A stretch of DNA of 64,000 nucleotides from Coleofasciculus sp. B1-GNL1-01. Lineage in GTDB: Bacteria; Cyanobacteriota; Cyanobacteriia; Cyanobacteriales; Coleofasciculaceae. Below the pieces are notes generated by a model. It ran no database searches. It was not told the origin of the DNA and saw nothing but the letters and a program-made list of their open reading frames with translations. The translations under genes and the position numbers were made by a program. Each line of letters starts with the position of its first letter. Positions within the stretch are counted from its first letter, which is position 1. The stretch is taken from NCBI GenBank assembly GCA_040220235.1, contig JAVJTO010000063.1; one strand, given 5' to 3'. This document shows, one piece after another, positions 1-8,789 of this stretch.

Positions 1-717
1 CTTTGAGGTGTGACACTTAGTACACAGAGTTACCAGATTAGCTGGTCTGTCTGTACGATCAGGGGGATTCTTCCAGAAGCCTAAATGGTGAACTTGCAGA
101 ATAGGACTATCTGCTTTGTTCTTACAATTTGGATTCTGACACTTATGTCTATCCCGGTGCAGGATATATTCCCGCAGGTTGTCGAAACCGTATTTTTCTC
201 CGTACTGATATTGTTCTCCCTCAATCGTGGGATTGTTGATTTTCTGGATATCATAAGCTGCTACTTCAATAGTTACAGCTTTGACTGGAAGGATGCGGCA
301 GATTTTGTCGATAAGGCGGTGATGAGTATCTAGTTTGTGCTGGATACTGGGTGCTAACCATCCTTTATTGACTCTTCGGTTGGAAAAGCTCGGCTTTCGG
401 TATCTGAGTCGATTTCGACGAGTGCGACGATACTTCCGCTTTTCGGTAATCCTTTCAGACATTCCCTTGAGCATTTTAAGTTCGCCACCTATTACCTCCT
501 CTTTCTCATTGACGGCACTGAATCCAATGTTCTCGTACCCTGCGTCAATACCCAACTCTACGGGTTGAGTGTAACCACTTGAACCGTGGATTAACTGGAT
601 AGTGAATGGTTCACGTCCAACGATTTTGGCTTTACCTCTGTTGAGTAAGAGTCTTGCTTTTCTGGGAGTTGTGGGCATCAAGGGACGCCCGTGTCTGTTA
701 ATAACGTAAACTTTCAT
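1..717 (-). CDS. iscB: IscB RNA-guided endonuclease (RRXRR/PLMP-RuvC-HNH), C-terminus runs off the window edge
   Basis: Manual translation from ATG at 717: MKVYVINRHGRPLMPTTPRKARLLL (PLMP), VELGIDAGYENIG (RuvC-I), RKYRRTRRNRLRYRKP (bridge helix), TIEVAAYD (RuvC-II), RDRHKCQNPNC...LQVHH...NLVTLCTKCH (HNH). Open to position 1, so absent from the ORF track. Confidence 0.95.
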   Translation of the reverse strand, partial: MKVYVINRHGRPLMPTTPRKARLLLNRGKAKIVGREPFTIQLIHGSSGYTQPVELGIDAGYENIGFSAVNEKEEVIGGELKMLKGMSERITEKRKYRRTRRNRLRYRKPSFSNRRVNKGWLAPSIQHKLDTHHRLIDKICRILPVKAVTIEVAAYDIQKINNPTIEGEQYQYGEKYGFDNLREYILHRDRHKCQNPNCKNKADSPILQVHHLGFWKNPPDRTDRPANLVTLCTKCHTSK

Positions 718-734
718 TTTTACCTAAAGTTAAG

Positions 735-1045
735 GTTTTCACCCTTCGACTTCGCTCAGGGTGTGGTTTCCTTCGCCAATGTTTATCGAGGTTTTGATGT
801 TTCCACACTTTCCCTACCCAACAGGAATGTTTAATGAAAAACCGCAGAGCGTGGAGCTAGGAAACGGATAGTTGACGCTGAGCGGAGCCGAAGCGTCAAT
901 CCTGCACCCCACGATGCCTATATATTCTCGATAAACGGAGCAGCTCTTACTATTAACGAGCTGCTAAGGCTAATCAACAAGGCTTGAAAAGAAATTTTCA
1001 AGCCCACGCTGTACCGCTCGTATCGGTCAGCGCTGGGTTGTTGAC
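735..1045 (-). ncRNA. IscB omega-RNA scaffold (HEARO-like); guide predicted from flanking 1046-~1065
   Basis: About 310 nt non-coding and hairpin-rich, directly upstream of iscB; begins GTCAACAACCCAGCG on the minus strand. The 3' boundary is approximate. Confidence 0.8.
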
Positions 1046-1259
1046 GGGAGGCGAAATGCCATAGGACTTTATATAGTTTAACTTCCCCGGCTTCCTCCTA
1101 TCATGGGACTTGTCGTTCATGACAACTAACTTTTTGTAAATTTTCACCCGTTTGGGGGAAGAAATAACCTAGTGTAAAATACATCTAAACTTAAAAGCGT
1201 GCCTTTTCTGGCATAGATGACCTGTTGCCCATAGCCCTTGCAACTCATTTTGGAGTCCA

Positions 1260-1874
1260 ATGCGAATTTTACGTCAGCCCCCTCAGTCAGAGACAGAGAC
1301 AAAGCAGCGTATCCTAGATGCTGCCCAACGCTTATTTGCCAGTCGCGGCTATAACGGAACCACCACCCGCGACTTAGCGGCAAAAGCGGGGGTTGCTGAG
1401 GGGACTCTGTTTCGCCATTTTGAGAATAAAAAAGCCATATTAGTCGAGGTGGCGACTCAAGGATGGGTGGAGTTGCTCACGGATTTGCTGACGGAATTAA
1501 GCGAAATGGGGAGTTATAAAGCCGTGGCGCAGGTGATGCGGCGGCGGATGATGCGGATGCATGAAAATGCTGATATGATGCGGGTTTGTTTTATGGAAGC
1601 CCAGTTTCACCCCGATTTACGCGATCGCATCCAGTCAGAAGTTATCGCTAAAATGTCCGATGTGGCGGAGGCGTTCTTTGAAACGGCTATGGAGCGGGGG
1701 ATCTATCGGCGGACTAATCCCAAGGTTGTGGCTAGGGTATTTTTAGGTATGTTTGCTGTGGCGGGGTTTAGCGATGAGACGATTATGGAACCAGGAGCCT
1801 CCCTCAAAGATGTGCAAGACATGGCAGAGGGTATTGCTGATATTTTCCTCAATGGTGTGTTAGCGAAGGACTAG
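1260..1874 (+). CDS. TetR/AcrR family transcriptional regulator
   Basis: ILDAAQRLFASRGYNGTTTRDLAAKAGVAEGTLFRHFENK N-terminal HTH. Confidence 0.95.
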   Translation: MRILRQPPQSETETKQRILDAAQRLFASRGYNGTTTRDLAAKAGVAEGTLFRHFENKKAILVEVATQGWVELLTDLLTELSEMGSYKAVAQVMRRRMMRMHENADMMRVCFMEAQFHPDLRDRIQSEVIAKMSDVAEAFFETAMERGIYRRTNPKVVARVFLGMFAVAGFSDETIMEPGASLKDVQDMAEGIADIFLNGVLAKD

Positions 1875-2003
1875 GTATTAAGCATTAGGGAGAACGCTTG
1901 TCAATACTCGTTATACCAAGTTGCAGTCTAATAGAATTTCAAGATTTATAACTCTTGCCCACCCTACAACTACTGGCTGGTATACTCGTTGGAGTTTTCT
2001 GTG

Positions 2004-2339
2004 ATGACTTCCTATGTCATTGAAGTGACTGACTTAGCCGTTGAAGAACTTAGGGCAATTCGTGCTTTTGATCGTCGCCCAATCCTTGACGCAATTCGCC
2101 AGCAACTCACCCATGAACCTACAGTGATAACAAGGAATCGCAAACGCCTTGAGCCTTTAGTACCCAGGTTTGAGACAGTTCCCCCCATTTGGGAATTGCG
2201 GGTGGGAGAGTATCGAGTCTTCTATGATGTAGATGAGGACGGAAAAATCGTTTACGTTCGAGCTGTTGCCGGAAATCACCGGGACAAACTACAGAGGAGA
2301 TCGTGGGATGAGACAGTTAACCCTAGAACAACTTTCTGA
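2004..2339 (+). CDS. RelE/ParE family toxin, probably frameshifted near the C-terminus
   Basis: WELRVGEYRVFYDVDE..VYVRAV motif; the alternative frame after ~2267 reads RKSPGQTTEEIVG* and overlaps the next ATG. Confidence 0.8.
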   Translation: MTSYVIEVTDLAVEELRAIRAFDRRPILDAIRQQLTHEPTVITRNRKRLEPLVPRFETVPPIWELRVGEYRVFYDVDEDGKIVYVRAVAGNHRDKLQRRSWDETVNPRTTF

Positions 2340-2544
2340 ACAATTACAGGATTATGTGCGAAATGCTCAGGAGGAACAGATCCTGATTACCCAAAACGGT
2401 AAACCCATTGCCCTTTTTTTAGGATTGACAAACGTTGATCCGGAGCAATTGAATCTGCAACTCTCAGCAGAATTTTGGCAAATGATTAGTGATCGACGGC
2501 AACGTGCCACTATACCTTTGGCAGAAGTAGAGGCAATGTTTTAG
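2308..2544 (+). CDS. Phd/YefM-like antitoxin
   Basis: MRQLTLEQLSEQLQDYVRNAQEEQILITQNGKPIALFLG; small gene coupled to the RelE-like gene. Confidence 0.75.
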   Translation: MRQLTLEQLSEQLQDYVRNAQEEQILITQNGKPIALFLGLTNVDPEQLNLQLSAEFWQMISDRRQRATIPLAEVEAMF

Positions 2545-2582
2545 TCACCTGGATAGGTTGGGTTGAACGACGTTAAACAAAA

Positions 2583-3896
2583 ATGGAATTAGATTTTCTG
2601 AGATTCTTTGATGCTTGTGATCCGAGTAAAACTCTCGCGATCGCGAATCCTGAAGATCGTCAGTATTATATTGATTTTGCCTCAGTTCGCGGCGGTAAGA
2701 TTATTGAAGCACTCTCACGGACGATTGTTTTGCGTTCCCGTCTCAATCAACCCACTTGTCAACTGTTTACCGGACATATTGGCTGTGGGAAGTCTACGGA
2801 GTTACGCCGCTTACAAGCTGACTTAGAGGGACAAGGCTTTCATGTCGTCTATTTTGAGTCTACCCAAGACTTGGATATGACGGATGTGGATATTACTGAT
2901 ATTTTACTCGCGATCGCGCGTCAGGTGAGTGAAAGTCTGGAAACGGTAGGGATTAAGCTTAAACCGGGATATTTTCGCGATCGCTTTCAGGAGATTGCGG
3001 ATTTTCTGCAAACCCCGATTGAGTTATCCCTGGAGGCGGGATTCTCGTTACCGGGAAGTCTGGCTAAACTCACCGCCAAAACTAAAGAAAGTCCCCAGCT
3101 TCGTAGTCGCTTGCGGCAATATCTAGAACCGCGTACCAGTGGGATTCTCGACTCTTTGAATCAGGAAATCTTAGCCCGGGCAACGGAGGAGTTGAAACGC
3201 CAAGGAAAACGGGGATTAGTGGTTATTGTAGATAATTTAGATCGGGTTCAAGACCGTCGCAATGATTCCGGACGGACTCAACCCGAATATCTGTTTGTGG
3301 ATCGGGGTGAACAGTTAGGCAAACTCAACTGTCATCTTGTTTATACTATCCCATTGGCGTTGATTTTCTCTAATGATTATCAGGCTTTAACCAATCGGTT
3401 TGGTGGGGGAATCGCGCCGCAAATCTTGCCGATGGTGCCGATTCAGTTACGGGATGGGAGCGATTGTGATCAAGGAATTGCCCTGTTACAGCAGTTGATT
3501 TTAGCCCGGGCGTTTCCAGAGGTGACACCGGAGGATCGCTTGAGTTTAGTCACTCAAATCTTTGATAATGGGGAAACCTTAGACCGTTTATGTCGCATTA
3601 GTGGCGGTCATGTGCGAAACTTATTAGGGATGCTGTTTCGCTGTCTACAGGAACAAGATCCGCCGATCTGCCGCGATACTGTAGAGATGGCGATTCGGGA
3701 ATATCGGGATAGTTTAGTCTTAGGGATTACCGATGATGAGTGGGAGTTACTGCGGCGGGTAAACCAAGAGCAACGGGTGAGTGGGGAGGATGGACATAAA
3801 ACATTATTACGCAGTTTATTTGTGTTTGAATATCGCGATTCCCAAGGGCGATGGTTTGGGGTGAATCCAGTTTTGTTAGAAACCCGCCAATTGTAG
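2583..3896 (+). CDS. P-loop AAA ATPase of the type preceding cyanobacterial STAND/repeat proteins
   Basis: Walker A GHIGCGKST, Walker B LVVIVDNLDR, SGGHVRNLL. Confidence 0.85.
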   Translation: MELDFLRFFDACDPSKTLAIANPEDRQYYIDFASVRGGKIIEALSRTIVLRSRLNQPTCQLFTGHIGCGKSTELRRLQADLEGQGFHVVYFESTQDLDMTDVDITDILLAIARQVSESLETVGIKLKPGYFRDRFQEIADFLQTPIELSLEAGFSLPGSLAKLTAKTKESPQLRSRLRQYLEPRTSGILDSLNQEILARATEELKRQGKRGLVVIVDNLDRVQDRRNDSGRTQPEYLFVDRGEQLGKLNCHLVYTIPLALIFSNDYQALTNRFGGGIAPQILPMVPIQLRDGSDCDQGIALLQQLILARAFPEVTPEDRLSLVTQIFDNGETLDRLCRISGGHVRNLLGMLFRCLQEQDPPICRDTVEMAIREYRDSLVLGITDDEWELLRRVNQEQRVSGEDGHKTLLRSLFVFEYRDSQGRWFGVNPVLLETRQL

Positions 3897-3932
3897 AGAC
3901 GTTGCATGGCGCGTCTGGAACAGTTACCGACG

Positions 3933-4195
3933 TTACCGTAGGGTGGGCAATAACAACTAAGATAATATAAGTAGTTCTAGGTTGATCACTCTTGCCTACC
4001 CTACAACTACACTCATACAGTTACCGTAGTAGTTACCGTAGGGTGGGCAATAACAACTAAGATAATATAAGGAGTCCCAGGTTGATCACTCTTGCCCACC
4101 CTACAACTACACTCATACAGTTACCGTAGGGTGGGCAATAACAACTAAGATAATATAAGGAGTTCCAGGTTTATAACTCTTGCCCACCCTACAAC
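3933..4195. repeat. Three tandem ~88-bp REP-doublet units (GTAGGGTGGGCAA...TTGCCCACCCTAC)
   Basis: Copies start near 3933, 4033 and 4121; a right-arm remnant lies at ~1945-1972. Confidence 0.9.
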
Positions 4196-4219
4196 GGTTA
4201 TGAATCAACTTTTAATGTT

Positions 4220-7200
4220 ATGACTGATTCCGATCATCCCGAAGCGTCTGCACCTGATAATCCGCGATCGCTGAATACATTAAGTCGGGCGATTAGCCTA
4301 TCCAGTGGGCGGCGGTTTTCGCTGATTTTTGTCCGCTGTAATTATAGGGAATTACAAGAGCAGATTTGCCAAGACTTACATCAGCACTGTGGGGTGGAGA
4401 TTCGAGAATTGGTGTTATCGCCGTCAACGAATACCCTCTACGGTGCGATTAAAACTGAAGTTGGAGATGAGCCGTTATCGGCGTTAATGATTTTGGGGTT
4501 GGAGAATGTTACAGATTTAGATAATCTCCTCCTAGCCACCAATCACATTCGGGAGGAATTTCGGAAAAACTTTAAGTTTCCCTTGGTTATTTGGGTGACG
4601 GATGAGGTATTGAAACAGTTTGTCCGGTTAATACCGGATTTCTATAATTGGGGCGCTCCGCCTATTTCCTTTTTTTTAACTTCAGCGGCGTTGATTGAGT
4701 TTCTGAATCGGGGGGTAGAGGCGGTATTTGCTGAGGAGTGGGTAGCGAGTTCAGAATTAGAATTAGCGCGGCAGGATTTACAAGGGCGAGGTGAAGAATT
4801 AGGGGCGGATTTAGCCGCCGGGTTAGAGTTTGTTTGGGGCAGGGAGGCTTATCTTCAGGATAACGTAGATGACGCCATTGCCCATTATCAACGGAGTCTT
4901 TCACGGGGGGAATCACCGCCCAACCAGCATCCTGAACGGAAAGGGATTGTCTTGATTCACTTGGGTTTATGTTCTTGGCGTCAAGCCCAGTTGAATCGGG
5001 CGGAACAACGCCGCTATTGGCAGGAGGCGAGGGATTATTTTCACCAGGGATTAGCGGTATTTGAGGGAGTGGAACGTCCGGATTTAGTGGCGCGATTTAT
5101 CGGGGAGTTGGGGGAGGTTTTACAACGGTTAGAAGCGTGGGATAGGTTACAGGAATTAGCGGAAAAGGGGTTAAGGTTACATCAAGTTTATGGAAGTGAG
5201 CGACAACAGGCGCAGGATTATGGCTTTTTAGCAGAAGTGGCGCTGGCGCGAGGGAATTGGCAGGAGGCAAAACGATTAGCAAATCAGGCATTACAATGTA
5301 GAGACGTTGCATGCAACGTCTCTACCAATGTATCGGATCAAGGACACAGTTTATATCTATTCCTCTTAGCCAAAGCCCAGCAAGGATTAAATCAAATTCC
5401 GTCCGCGATTGAGACATTGGAACGGGTGAGAGTTGAAACCCATCCCCAGGATAATCCCCAGGTTTATAGTGATAGTTTAAAGGAACTGCAACGGCTCTAT
5501 TTTAATCAAAAGGAGTATTTAAAGGCATTTGCGATTAAGCAAGAACAAGGGTTAGTTGAAAGTCAGTTAGGCTTACGGGCATTTATTGGCGCGAGTCGTC
5601 TGCAACCCTTACCGGGAGAGTCTCAGGATAAGGTGGCGTTGGAGATTACGGCGTCGGGAAGAGGGCGGGATGTGGCGCGTTTAATCGGTAGAATTGCCCG
5701 TGATGATTGTAAGTTAACCGTGATTCATGGGCAATCCGGTGTGGGGAAAAGTTCGATTGTGAATGGGGGATTGGTGCCAGCGTTACGGCAGAAGCAAATG
5801 GTTAAGGGGTTGGATGTTTTACCGATTCCGGTGCGGGTTTATACGAATTGGGTGGAAGAGTTGGGGCGGTTGTTGGTAGAGGGGGAAACCTCTCCCCCAA
5901 CCCCTCTCCTACAAGGAGAGGGGGGCAAGATTTCTAGAAATACTGTTAGTAATACTCCTCTAAATATTCCCGACAATCCTCCTCTAAATACTCCCCCTTC
6001 CCTGGCAGGGAAGGGGGCTGGGGGGTTAGGTCTCGTCCTCGAACAACTACAACAAAATGAACAGCGCCATCGGTTAGTAATATTGATTTTTGATCAGTTT
6101 GAGGAGTTCTTCTTTGTTTGTCAGGATACTGCTGCCAGAAAACCCTTTTTTGAGTTCCTCAGTGATTGTCTGAATCTCCCCTATCTGAAAGTTATTTTAT
6201 CCCTGCGGGAAGACTATCTCCATTATCTGTTGGAGTGTGAACGACTGGCGCGGATTGATGTAATTAATAATGATATTCTGAATAAAAGTAATCGCTATGA
6301 GTTGGGGGATTTTGCCCCAGAGGATGCCCAGGTGATTATTCAACAGTTGACGGCGCGTTCTCAGTTTCATCTGGAGTCGGAATTAGTTGGGCAGTTGGTG
6401 CAGGATTTGGCGGGAGATACGGGGAAGGTGCGCCCGATTGAGTTGCAAATTGTTGGGGCGCAATTGCAAGCCGAGGGGATAACGACGCTGGCTGAGTATC
6501 GCCAACGGGGGACTAAGGATGAATTGGTGAAGCGGTATGTAGAAGCCGTGATTAAGGATTGTGGACAGGAGAATCAACGAGTTGGGGAGTTGGTGTTGTA
6601 TTTGTTGACGGATGAGAAGAATACTCGTCCCCTGAAGACTCGTCGTGATTTGATAGCGGAGTTAAGGGCATTACCCTTAGATGGGGTGATGGATGTGCCG
6701 CAGTTTGAGTTAGTGCTGAAGATTCTGGTGGATTCTGGGTTGGTGGTGGAAGTGCCGGAAAAGCCAGAGGATAGATATCAGTTAGTGCATGATTATTTAG
6801 TTGAGTTGATTCGCCAGCAGGAAGGGTTTGGCATTGTTGCCGAATTAAAGGCGGAACGGGAGAAACGGCGGCGGAGTGAGGAGCGGTTTAAGGTTTTTCA
6901 ACAGAGACAAAAGAAGGTTGTACGCAGTGGAATAGCTGCTCTCAGTGTTGTCTGGCTTTTAGTCTTTGTATTGGGGGGTTTGGCGTTTACCGTTAATCGC
7001 AGTTTAAAGATAGCTCAAGGTGATTTAAACGAAACGGAACAAAAGGCAGAACAGGCGAAAAAGGAAGCTGAACAGGAAAGGGAAAAGACGAACAAGGCAC
7101 AAGAGAATAGAAGCATAGCTGAGGAACAAGCTAAAAAGGCAAAAGAGAATAGAAGCATAGCCGAGGAACAAGCTAAAAAGGCTCAAGTGGAAGTCAAAGC

Positions 7201-8755
7201 AGCCTTGAGCAAAGAACAAGCGGCGAAAAGACGCGCTGAATCGGTCAGGGAACAGGCAGAACGAGAGGTAACCAAAGCCCAGGAACGGGAAAAACTCGCC
7301 AATGTTAATGTGAATCAGGCAAAGAAAGAATTAGCCGCAGCCCAGGCGGAACGGGATAGAGTCAATCGAGAAGCTGAGGCGAAAATTCAGGATGCAGATG
7401 AACGGGTGGCTAATGCGAGGCAAAGGGAAGCGGAGGCAAATCAGAAAGTAGAAGCGGCTGAGGTGGCTTTAAACCAAGCCGAAGCTGAACGTCAGGAAGC
7501 TCAGGCAGGAACTGAACTAGAGCTAGCTGGTGTGGCGGCGATTAGACAATTTGAATATCAGGAAATAGAAGCCTTGATGACTGCCATGGAGGCGGGGCAA
7601 GAGTTGGAAGATTGGGTTAAAGATGGTCGCCCCTTAGAAAAGTATCCTGCTGCTAGTCCACTTTTGGCACTCCAGACCATCCTAGACAATATTTGGGAAC
7701 GTAATCAACTAGAGCATGAGGGTAGGGTCATAGCTGTAGCCTTCAACCGTGATGATCAGCAAATCTTGACTGGCTCATCTGACAAAACCGCCCACCTCTG
7801 GGATAACCAGGGCAATTTAATTAAAGAATTAACCGGGCATCAGAGTCCTGTTATGGCTGTAGCATTCAGCCCCGATAGTAACCAAATCCTGACTGGCTCT
7901 TATGACAACACCGCCCGCCTGTGGGATCACCAGGGCAATTTAATTAAGCAATTAACTGGGCATCAGACTAGGGTCGATACAGTAGACTTCAGCCCCGATG
8001 GCAAGCAAATCCTGACTAGCTCATCATTGGACAACACCGCCCGCCTGTGGGATAACCAGGACAATTTAATTCAGGAATTAACCGGGCATCAGGGTTCGGT
8101 TATAGCTGTAGCCTTCAGCCCCGACGGCAAGCAAATCCTGACTGGCTCAGATGACAATACTGCCCGCCTGTGGGATCACCAGGGCAATTTAATTAAGCAA
8201 TTAACCGGGCATCAGAGTTGGGTCAATGCTGTAGCCTTCAGCCCCGACGGCAATCAAATCCTGACTGGCTCCTCTGACAACACCGCCCGCCTGTGGGATA
8301 ACCAGGGTAATTTAATTAAGGAATTAACCGGGCATCAGGGTTCGGTCATTGCTGTAGCCTTCAGCCGGGATGGTGAGCAAATCCTGACTGGCTCTAGGGA
8401 CAAAACTGCCCGCCTGTGGGATAACCAGGGTAATTTCATTAAGGAATTAACCGGGCATCAGGGTTCGGTCAATGCTGTAGCCTTCAGTCCCGATGGCAAG
8501 CAAATCCTGACTGGCTCTTTTGACAATACTGCCCGCCTCTGGGACTTGCAAGGGCGGCAGATTGCTGAATTTGTCGGCTATGGAACTCTCAGCCCCGATG
8601 GGCGCACCATTGCCCTGATTCAAGAGGATAAAGTCGTGTTAAAGCCAGTTTACCGGAATTTAGATGAACTCTTGGCAGAGGGTTGTGATTGGCTCAAGGC
8701 TTATCTGGCGACGCATGAGGAAGCGCGGGAGCGGTTGGGCTTTTGTCAAAAGTAA
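4220..8755 (+). CDS. TPR + STAND (nSTAND1-like) NTPase + TM + coiled coil + WD40 repeat protein
   Basis: TPR-like helices; GQSGVGKSS; ILIFDQFEEFF; LSLREDYL; YQLVHDYLV; TM IAALSVVWLLVFVLGGLAF; seven GHQ..V.AVAFSPDG..ILTGS.D.TARLWD-type repeats. Confidence 0.9.
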   Translation: MTDSDHPEASAPDNPRSLNTLSRAISLSSGRRFSLIFVRCNYRELQEQICQDLHQHCGVEIRELVLSPSTNTLYGAIKTEVGDEPLSALMILGLENVTDLDNLLLATNHIREEFRKNFKFPLVIWVTDEVLKQFVRLIPDFYNWGAPPISFFLTSAALIEFLNRGVEAVFAEEWVASSELELARQDLQGRGEELGADLAAGLEFVWGREAYLQDNVDDAIAHYQRSLSRGESPPNQHPERKGIVLIHLGLCSWRQAQLNRAEQRRYWQEARDYFHQGLAVFEGVERPDLVARFIGELGEVLQRLEAWDRLQELAEKGLRLHQVYGSERQQAQDYGFLAEVALARGNWQEAKRLANQALQCRDVACNVSTNVSDQGHSLYLFLLAKAQQGLNQIPSAIETLERVRVETHPQDNPQVYSDSLKELQRLYFNQKEYLKAFAIKQEQGLVESQLGLRAFIGASRLQPLPGESQDKVALEITASGRGRDVARLIGRIARDDCKLTVIHGQSGVGKSSIVNGGLVPALRQKQMVKGLDVLPIPVRVYTNWVEELGRLLVEGETSPPTPLLQGEGGKISRNTVSNTPLNIPDNPPLNTPPSLAGKGAGGLGLVLEQLQQNEQRHRLVILIFDQFEEFFFVCQDTAARKPFFEFLSDCLNLPYLKVILSLREDYLHYLLECERLARIDVINNDILNKSNRYELGDFAPEDAQVIIQQLTARSQFHLESELVGQLVQDLAGDTGKVRPIELQIVGAQLQAEGITTLAEYRQRGTKDELVKRYVEAVIKDCGQENQRVGELVLYLLTDEKNTRPLKTRRDLIAELRALPLDGVMDVPQFELVLKILVDSGLVVEVPEKPEDRYQLVHDYLVELIRQQEGFGIVAELKAEREKRRRSEERFKVFQQRQKKVVRSGIAALSVVWLLVFVLGGLAFTVNRSLKIAQGDLNETEQKAEQAKKEAEQEREKTNKAQENRSIAEEQAKKAKENRSIAEEQAKKAQVEVKAALSKEQAAKRRAESVREQAEREVTKAQEREKLANVNVNQAKKELAAAQAERDRVNREAEAKIQDADERVANARQREAEANQKVEAAEVALNQAEAERQEAQAGTELELAGVAAIRQFEYQEIEALMTAMEAGQELEDWVKDGRPLEKYPAASPLLALQTILDNIWERNQLEHEGRVIAVAFNRDDQQILTGSSDKTAHLWDNQGNLIKELTGHQSPVMAVAFSPDSNQILTGSYDNTARLWDHQGNLIKQLTGHQTRVDTVDFSPDGKQILTSSSLDNTARLWDNQDNLIQELTGHQGSVIAVAFSPDGKQILTGSDDNTARLWDHQGNLIKQLTGHQSWVNAVAFSPDGNQILTGSSDNTARLWDNQGNLIKELTGHQGSVIAVAFSRDGEQILTGSRDKTARLWDNQGNFIKELTGHQGSVNAVAFSPDGKQILTGSFDNTARLWDLQGRQIAEFVGYGTLSPDGRTIALIQEDKVVLKPVYRNLDELLAEGCDWLKAYLATHEEARERLGFCQK

Positions 8756-8789
8756 AGGATGGGGATTGGGGATTGATTTAACCCGTACC

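Larger units (their letters stand above)
1..1045 (-). mobile_element. IS200/IS605-family IscB element (partial; no tnpA visible in this part)
   Basis: iscB + omega-RNA; the end hairpin CAAG-CCCACGCTG..CAGCGCTGGG is followed by TGAC ending at 1045. Confidence 0.8.

Noticed and set aside
85..568. Plus-strand ORFs 85-333 and 335-568
   Set aside because: Antisense shadows of iscB.
3933..4195. CRISPR or attC cassette array
   Set aside because: The interiors are near-identical copies rather than unique spacers or cassettes; no integrase nearby.
7710..8550. Diversity-generating retroelement target
   Set aside because: No reverse transcriptase or template repeat in the window; differences are not adenine-specific.
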